64,000 nt of DNA from positions 1,600,001 to 1,664,000 of the forward strand of contig OZ242180.1 of NCBI GenBank assembly GCA_965205485.1, given 5' to 3'. A program made the translations under genes and the position numbers. Source of the DNA: Candidatus Latescibacterota bacterium. Its GTDB lineage: Bacteria; Latescibacterota; UBA2968; GCA-2709665. Of this stretch, positions 58,001-64,000 are shown piece after piece (within the stretch, counting starts at the first letter, position 1; each line of letters starts with the position of its first letter). A model generated the notes under the pieces. The model did not search any database, had not been told where the DNA came from, and was given only the letters and a program-made list of their open reading frames with translations.

Positions 58001-58200
58001 GCACGGTGGTGGCGTGGGGGCTTTTCCGCGCTTTTCCGTTCAGCAACATGGTTTGGCAAGACCAGCGGAGGACGCAGGCCAACGGCTTCACGTTCCTTCT
58101 ACAGAGGTGGTTCGCGGAAAAGCAGCCCCGCGGCGTCTGAGCGGCGCCCTTCTTTTTCGCCCTTTTTCTTGGGCGATTTCAAGAAAAAGGGCAAGGGAAT
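58001..58200 (+). repeat. Structured dispersed element, copy C
   Basis: Stem GCTTTTCCGCG/CGCGGAAAAGC around 82 nt; terminal hairpin GCCCTTTTTCTTG...CAAGAAAAAGGGC. Confidence 0.75.
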
Positions 58201-58244
58201 AGGGGACGTTTGGGGGGCGGGGGAGAGCCCGCCGCCTTCTACGT

Positions 58245-59594
58245 TCATTTGCCTATACAGAACGTACTGAATATCCGGTCCAGGATCTCGTCCGACGTAA
58301 TCTCGCCGACGATCTCGGCCAATGCGTCGGCCGCCTCCCTCAGTTCGACAGCGATCACTTCTCTTGGCATCCCCTGGTCCAGCGCCTCCGTCGCCCGTCC
58401 GAGCGCGTCCCCCGCTCGCCGCAGCGCTTCGGCATGGCGGGCGTGCGTCACGGCGTCGGGGTCGGAGACTGCCATGACGTGACCGCGGACGGATTTCCTG
58501 AGGCGGTCGAGACCATCCCCGGTTAGGGCCGATACCGCAAGATCCTGAAACGGGCGATCGCCCCGCCAATCGGCGTGGAGATCCAGGTCACTCTTGTTCT
58601 TCACGAGTACCACATTTGCAGGATCCACGTCCGATATCATCTTCTCCAGTCCCGCGGCCGCGGGGACGGAAGCATCCACGACCAGCAGCACAAGCGCGGC
58701 CCTGGCAATCGCTTCCCGTGAACGGCGGGCGCCTTCGCGCTCGATGGCGTCCCGAGGTTTCGCGATTCCGGCGGTGTCGACCAGGGTTACGCGAATGCCG
58801 TCCAGGGTGATGGACTCTTCAATCGTATCACGCGTGGTTCCGGAAATCGGGGACACGATCGCCCGGTCCTCTTCCAACAGCCGGTTGAGCAGGCTCGACT
58901 TGCCCGCGTTGGGGGGGCCCGCCAGCGCAACAAGGGCGCCGTCGCGTATCACTTTACCGTGCCGGTAGGAGTCGATCAGGCGCTCGATTTCTTCCGCCGA
59001 TCGCTTCAGCGATGGGCGTATGGCGTCCTGCTCGACCTCCGCGTCTTCGTAGAAGTCCAGCCCGGCCTCGAGCAATGTCAGCGAATCCCGCAGGGCTTCC
59101 GCCAGATCCTCGAACCTGGACCTCAATCCGCCCCGCAGCTGAAAGTATGCGGATTGAAGACCCCGGTCCGCGCCTGCGGTGATCATATCCGCGATCGCTT
59201 CCGCCTGGGTGAGGTCGATTCGGCCATTCAGAAATGCCCTCCGGGTGAATTCACCCGGTTCAGCCGGCCGGGCGCCGGCCGACACGAGGGCCTCCATTGC
59301 GCGCCGCAGGAGCAGAGGGCCTCCGTGGCAGTTGAATTCGACGGTATCTTCGCCGGTAAACGACCGAGAACCCCTCATCACGGAGACAAGGACCTCATCC
59401 AGATCCCGGTCTCCGACGACAAATCTCCCGTACGTCATGCGCCGGTCCCCAACCCGGTTCAGTTCGCGTGATCCACAAAAAAAGCCGGAGGCAATTCCTA
59501 CCGCCTCCGAACCCGAGAGCCGGACGATGCCTATCGCTGCCTCGCCATGACCGGTGGCGATTGCGACAATGGTATCGCGGTCCGACGGTCTCAT
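58245..59594 (-). CDS. mnmE: tRNA modification GTPase MnmE
   Basis: DTIVAIAT, SFTGEDTVE, GPPNAGKSSL, GTTRD, DTAG, NKSD, FCIGK. Confidence 0.97.
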   Translation of the reverse strand: MRPSDRDTIVAIATGHGEAAIGIVRLSGSEAVGIASGFFCGSRELNRVGDRRMTYGRFVVGDRDLDEVLVSVMRGSRSFTGEDTVEFNCHGGPLLLRRAMEALVSAGARPAEPGEFTRRAFLNGRIDLTQAEAIADMITAGADRGLQSAYFQLRGGLRSRFEDLAEALRDSLTLLEAGLDFYEDAEVEQDAIRPSLKRSAEEIERLIDSYRHGKVIRDGALVALAGPPNAGKSSLLNRLLEEDRAIVSPISGTTRDTIEESITLDGIRVTLVDTAGIAKPRDAIEREGARRSREAIARAALVLLVVDASVPAAAGLEKMISDVDPANVVLVKNKSDLDLHADWRGDRPFQDLAVSALTGDGLDRLRKSVRGHVMAVSDPDAVTHARHAEALRRAGDALGRATEALDQGMPREVIAVELREAADALAEIVGEITSDEILDRIFSTFCIGK

Positions 59595-59606
59595 CCGAAC
59601 ATATCC

Positions 59607-61289
59607 TCAGCGCGTGCCGAGCACCCGCTTCACGCGTTCCATGACTTGCTGCTGTAAAATGGTGAGTACGTTGAACATGGTCCAGTAGAGCACAAGACCC
59701 GACGACATGCTCCAGAATATCCAGGTCATGAAAACGGGCATTATGTAGACCATGAACGCCTGTTTGGGGTCCTTCATGGTCATTTTTGACTGCACAAACG
59801 TAGAAACGGCCATAAGCAGCGGCAGAAGGTGGATTTCAAAGCCGCCGATAAACAACCGGTCCGGTTGCGACAGGTCCGTGATCCAGAATACGAACTCGGA
59901 CTGCCGAAGTTCTATTGCGCCCCTGAACACGTTGAACAACGAAAAGAGGATGGGCATCTGGATGACCATCGGCAAACAACCCCCGAGCGGGTTGACGCCC
60001 TCTTCCTTGTAGAGCTTCATCATTTCCCGGCTGACCTTCTGCTGGTCGTCCGGATATTTCTCGCGCATCGCGGCGATCCTGGGCTGAAGTTGCTGCATCC
60101 TGGCGGCAGCCTCGAGACTCTTGTGCGTCAGCGGAAACACCACGATTTTGATCAGCACGGAAAAGACGATGATGACCAGACCATAGTTCGGGATCAGGGG
60201 ATGAAGCGCGAGAAAGGCCCTGAGATTCAGATTGGTGATGGGCTTGATGATGGGCCGGAAGATGGCAAAACCATATTCCATGAACTCCTCCATCTCCAGT
60301 TCCCGATAGTTGGCGGAGAGATCCTGGTTCTGCTGTCTTAGCCGATCGTAGGAGATCGGGCCGAAATAGACGCCGTAGCGCTGTCCCGGATCGACCCCTT
60401 TCGAAAGGATTTCGACGTGGTACCACTCAGCGATATCAAGCATGTCGCCGGCCATATTCAGGCCGTAGCTGCCTTCCGGGGGAATCAGGGCAACCAGGAA
60501 GTATTTGTTCCTGATTCCAACCCACGAGATCCGGCCGCCGGGCGGAGGGTCGCCGTCGGGCCCGAGGTCCTCTACGTTCCAGGTTTCGACTTCGCCGCCC
60601 GCACGCGTTACCACCGACATATAGGCCGCGTTCTCTTCGGGGTTGTTCTCGGTATCGGCCAGGCTGCCCGACCATCCAATGCCCAGCTTTTCCTGCGGCT
60701 GCAATCCGGAAACGGCCACCGCCATTTCCGCACGGTAGCGGTTGCCCTGGAATCGGATCCGCTTCTCGATCGTTCGCGTTCCCGCCCGGCCCCTGAAGAT
60801 CAGTTCGGCCTGTTCCGCGCCGACCAGCGTAAGTCCGGGCGTGTCAGTGGAAAACTCGGTTGCGTCCAGAGGCTCACCGGCCAGGGAAAGGCCCAGCGCG
60901 GCGCTCCCCGGAGCGATCAGATCGAGTTGCCCGCCGTCGGGATGTTCGTACGCCTTCAGCACCAGCCGGTTGAGTACCCCGCCGCGAGTGCTGAACGTGG
61001 CGGTAAAGAGATCGGTTTCGACAATGACGTCCCTGGGGGTGAATTCACGGGGGACCGGCTGTATGACTGCCTGCTCAGGCAACGTCGCCCGGGGCGCCGC
61101 CGGCACAATTTCGGGCGGGCGGGCGGATCCTTTCTGAGGCGGCGGCAGCGGCGTCCGACGGCTTTCGGCGGGGACCGGTTCAGGTGGCGGGATCGGAATT
61201 GCCGGTCCCATTATCCATTCCATATAGTGGGGATAGAGAATAATGATCAGGCCGATCATAATGAATGCGAGGATTGTGCGCTTATCCAT
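59607..61289 (-). CDS. yidC: Membrane protein insertase YidC
   Basis: MDKRTILA, NYGLVII, VNPLGGCLP..IQMPI, WITDLSQPD, SGLVLYW. Confidence 0.96.
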   Translation of the reverse strand: MDKRTILAFIMIGLIIILYPHYMEWIMGPAIPIPPPEPVPAESRRTPLPPPQKGSARPPEIVPAAPRATLPEQAVIQPVPREFTPRDVIVETDLFTATFSTRGGVLNRLVLKAYEHPDGGQLDLIAPGSAALGLSLAGEPLDATEFSTDTPGLTLVGAEQAELIFRGRAGTRTIEKRIRFQGNRYRAEMAVAVSGLQPQEKLGIGWSGSLADTENNPEENAAYMSVVTRAGGEVETWNVEDLGPDGDPPPGGRISWVGIRNKYFLVALIPPEGSYGLNMAGDMLDIAEWYHVEILSKGVDPGQRYGVYFGPISYDRLRQQNQDLSANYRELEMEEFMEYGFAIFRPIIKPITNLNLRAFLALHPLIPNYGLVIIVFSVLIKIVVFPLTHKSLEAAARMQQLQPRIAAMREKYPDDQQKVSREMMKLYKEEGVNPLGGCLPMVIQMPILFSLFNVFRGAIELRQSEFVFWITDLSQPDRLFIGGFEIHLLPLLMAVSTFVQSKMTMKDPKQAFMVYIMPVFMTWIFWSMSSGLVLYWTMFNVLTILQQQVMERVKRVLGTR

Positions 61290-61509
61290 CCGTCATACCT
61301 GTCTTGTCGAGGATCCGCAGGAAGAACACACGAAAGCAGCCTATCCGAAGCGTCATCACACGCCTGCATTGTGCCACCGAAGCGGACTCAACGACCGAAC
61401 CTCGGTAACCTTTTTTCGGGCAGGAACGCTGGCGGGGGGCGTGATGAGGGGGGCGACCACACATCCAAAGACAAAGCGGAGGGCGATTTAACGAGGAAAC
61501 AACTCTCAT

Positions 61510-61669
61510 CAGTCCGTTGAAAGAGTCCATCCGGGCTACGGCCGGCCCTTGCGGTCGAAAACCTGCGTTGCGCGCCCTCGCCGAATCGAGGGATGGGACT
61601 CGGTTGCGCGCCTTGTCTTCGGCCACAATGGCTCGGCCTCGCCTGCAGAGCGACTTTATCAACGGACTG
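61510..61669 (+). mobile_element. MITE family A, copy 3 (abuts rnpA stop codon)
   Basis: CAGTCCGTTGAAAGAG...CTTTATCAACGGACTG. Confidence 0.85.
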
Positions 61670-62014
61670 CTACGGCGTGACGGCCGAACCGTGGAGCAGA
61701 CCCAGTCTTCCGAACGCAGCGACGATATCACTGCGCAGGTCTCGGAACCCTGCAACGGCCGAACCGTCGCCGACGGATATGATGACCAGATGACCCGTGC
61801 TGCGGTGCGGCGCCAATTCCCTGCAGATCACACGAATTCGCCGACGGGCGCGATTTCGGGCAACCGCCTTTCCAAACCGCTTGCGCACGGAGATGAAGAT
61901 ACGATCTTCCGCGGATTTACATGTACGGACGTGCAGCCAGCGGCCCCTGAATACCGATCCGGCCCGCCGAAGACGCTGAACCTCCTTGCGCGGCCGGGCG
62001 CGTGGCCTGGGCAT
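61670..62014 (-). CDS. rnpA: Ribonuclease P protein component (divergent)
   Basis: ISVRKRFGKAVARNRARRRIR motif; directly after rpmH. Confidence 0.88.
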   Translation of the reverse strand: MPRPRARPRKEVQRLRRAGSVFRGRWLHVRTCKSAEDRIFISVRKRFGKAVARNRARRRIRVICRELAPHRSTGHLVIISVGDGSAVAGFRDLRSDIVAAFGRLGLLHGSAVTP

Positions 62015-62015
62015 G

Positions 62016-62150
62016 CTAGAGCGAGACCCGTCCGCGGCCCTTGCGACGACGCCTGGAAAAGATCTGGCGCCCGCCAGGGGTCCGCATTCGATGGCGAAAA
62101 CCGTGTTTGTTCTTTCGCTTCCGATTGCTGGGCTGAAACGTCCGCTTCAT
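62016..62150 (-). CDS. rpmH: 50S ribosomal protein L34
   Basis: [22 protein letters not shown]...RRRKGR. Confidence 0.97.
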   Translation of the reverse strand: MKRTFQPSNRKRKNKHGFRHRMRTPGGRQIFSRRRRKGRGRVSL

Positions 62151-62727
62151 TGGGATTGTCCGTGCGTTGCGCAAAGAACAGTCATTGCTGTATCTAAGTG
62201 AATTGTAGGAAGTTATGAATATAGACGGGGAACGGATCTTTGTCAAGGGATTTCCGCGGCATCCATACGCGCATACAAGACACTACTATATATTGTATTT
62301 AATAGATTTAAAACACATTTTATAGTATCTGGACGCTCGCGAACGATCCCTACGAAATTAACTGAAAAATCCGCCAAAAAGGGCTTGACTTTTGCAATTC
62401 CATTCCTTAGTTTGGCCCCATCCTGATTGCCGAGGCGGTTCCTTCGGCGGCTCCCCCGTATACTATATTCATACTTGAGATTTGGTTTTTTAATGTGGCC
62501 GGCGAGCCGCCGGCAGGACTTTGTATTGTCCGCTTGTGAGGAATTCACCTCTGCGTCTGCCGTGAATTCCATCCCCCCAGAATATCTTCTGCAACACTCC
62601 CTCCATAGACGATCTTCTGGCTTCTGGCAGGGCTCGGCTTACATCCCCGTCACCCTTCTCTCAAATAAGAAAATTCCGGTTTAGCGACGGCTATTTTCCT
62701 CGCTAACGTATGGGCGGTTTTGTCTCC

Positions 62728-64000
62728 ATGGTTGACAAACATCCCGGCCTCTGGGACCAGTGTTTGCGGAAGATAGAGGGGAAGATCGAGGCGGATACCT
62801 ACGGGACATGGTTCGCCCAGACGTCCTCATCGCAGCTTGACGCCAGGCTCGCACTGATTGAGGTGCCAACCACCTTTTTCGTGGACTGGCTGGAAGAACA
62901 TTGGCTTGACCTGATCCGGTCTACAATAGAAGAGATCACGTCCTGGGCGCCGGAGATCAGGTTCTCTGTCAAGAAAAATGCGCCCGCTTCCGCCGGCGCG
63001 CCACTCGACTTCTCCACCAGCGACGAATCCGTTGCTCGAACGCCCGCGCCCACGGTGGAACCGGTCGTCCAACGACCGGCTTCCGAAGCCGTATTTCCTC
63101 TGAATCCCCGATACCGGTTCGAAGATTTCATTGTCGGTGAGAGCAATCAGTTTTCATTTACCGCCGCGAAATCCGTCGCTGAGTCGCCCGGCGCGACGTC
63201 TTACAATCCGCTGGTCATCTACAGCGGTGTGGGACTCGGGAAAACGCACCTGCTTCAGGCAATCGCCGACTATTGCGTACGAAACGGCACGGCCGGGCGC
63301 GTTGTGTATACATCCGCCGAAAGGTTCTTCACCGACTATCTGAAAGCCATCCAGAGACAAGATACGTCCGCCTACGTGGAGATTTATCGAAACGCGGACA
63401 TTCTGCTGATTGACGACATCCAGTTCTACGTGAAGACCGAGGCATGCCAGCGCGAACTGCTTCACACGTTCAACACATTATATCAACTGAACAAACAGAT
63501 CGTCCTGAGTTCGGACCGTCCGCCGTCAACCCTGAAAGGATTCGAAGACAGGCTGATTTCAAGATTCCAATGGGGCCTCGTTTCGGATATCGACCGGCCC
63601 GACCTGGAAACACGGATGGCAATCATCAATCAGAAAGCAGGCGATCATGGCGTCCGGATTCCCGCGGATGTAGCCCGTTTCATGGCTGAACAGATAGATT
63701 CCAACATTCGGGAACTTGAAGGCGCCCTCACCCAACTCATTACTTTTTCGGTATATAAACGCGCACCCGTCTCCCTTGAAATCGCAAGGGATACCATAAA
63801 GAGTCTGGGGCGCGTGAAATCCATGACTTCGCCCGCGATCAGCATCAGCGAGATTCAGAGACGTACCGCCGGATACTTCGATATTTCCGTGGAAATGTTG
63901 ACCGGCGCCACCCGCAGGCAGGAAATCACAACGGCAAGACATATCTGCATGTACCTTTGCAGAAGGCTCACACAGGCGCCGCTCAAGTCAATCGGCACTG
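62728..64000 (+). CDS. dnaA: Chromosomal replication initiator DnaA (3' end beyond window)
   Basis: Hand translation: LWDQCL...TWF, LNPRYRFEDFIVGESN, YNPLVIYSGVGLGKTHL, LLIDDIQF, DRLISRF, NIRELEGAL; in-frame alternative ATG at 62710. Confidence 0.95.
   Translation, partial: MVDKHPGLWDQCLRKIEGKIEADTYGTWFAQTSSSQLDARLALIEVPTTFFVDWLEEHWLDLIRSTIEEITSWAPEIRFSVKKNAPASAGAPLDFSTSDESVARTPAPTVEPVVQRPASEAVFPLNPRYRFEDFIVGESNQFSFTAAKSVAESPGATSYNPLVIYSGVGLGKTHLLQAIADYCVRNGTAGRVVYTSAERFFTDYLKAIQRQDTSAYVEIYRNADILLIDDIQFYVKTEACQRELLHTFNTLYQLNKQIVLSSDRPPSTLKGFEDRLISRFQWGLVSDIDRPDLETRMAIINQKAGDHGVRIPADVARFMAEQIDSNIRELEGALTQLITFSVYKRAPVSLEIARDTIKSLGRVKSMTSPAISISEIQRRTAGYFDISVEMLTGATRRQEITTARHICMYLCRRLTQAPLKSIGT

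Noticed and set aside
61282..61755. Possible yidD
   Set aside because: No YidD-like CRF.P.CS.Y motif; the ORF reads through the MITE.

Overview
GC-rich bacterial chromosome segment that ends at the replication-origin gene cluster (rsmG-mnmE-yidC-rnpA-rpmH, divergent from a dnaA cut off by the window edge). The SusC/SusD pair, lipoproteins and outer-membrane proteins indicate a diderm; an FCB-group lineage (Gemmatimonadota/Latescibacterota-like) is only a guess. Most genes are housekeeping: sucC, gpmI, acnA, mdh, rpmA/rplU, rng/rne, moeA/moaC, sat, clpP, hemE-hemH-hemG, serS, pbpC with alpha-2-macroglobulin, and methylmalonyl-CoA mutase/epimerase. Accessory content includes a toxin-antitoxin cluster downstream of tRNA-Lys(CTT) bracketed by REP-doublet direct repeats, an unusual voltage-gated-type ion channel, a lower-GC HNH nuclease, and a SusC/SusD cassette flanked by a ~100 bp duplication of the mutase 3' end. 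Intergenic DNA carries many repeats (several REP-like families, heptamer runs, two MITE families). The most striking unexplained signal is a dispersed ~190 nt structured element in three copies (43.4, 49.6 and 58.0 kb), with covarying stems around an 81-82 nt core that varies in sequence but keeps short anchor motifs. Also notable: an unannotated 56-aa ORF with a sigma54 promoter and terminator, two identical parS sites (one inside a CDS), a DnaA-box-like cluster ~14.5 kb from dnaA, and a probable ATC start codon. All calls come from reading the sequence by eye; no database searches or folding programs were run.
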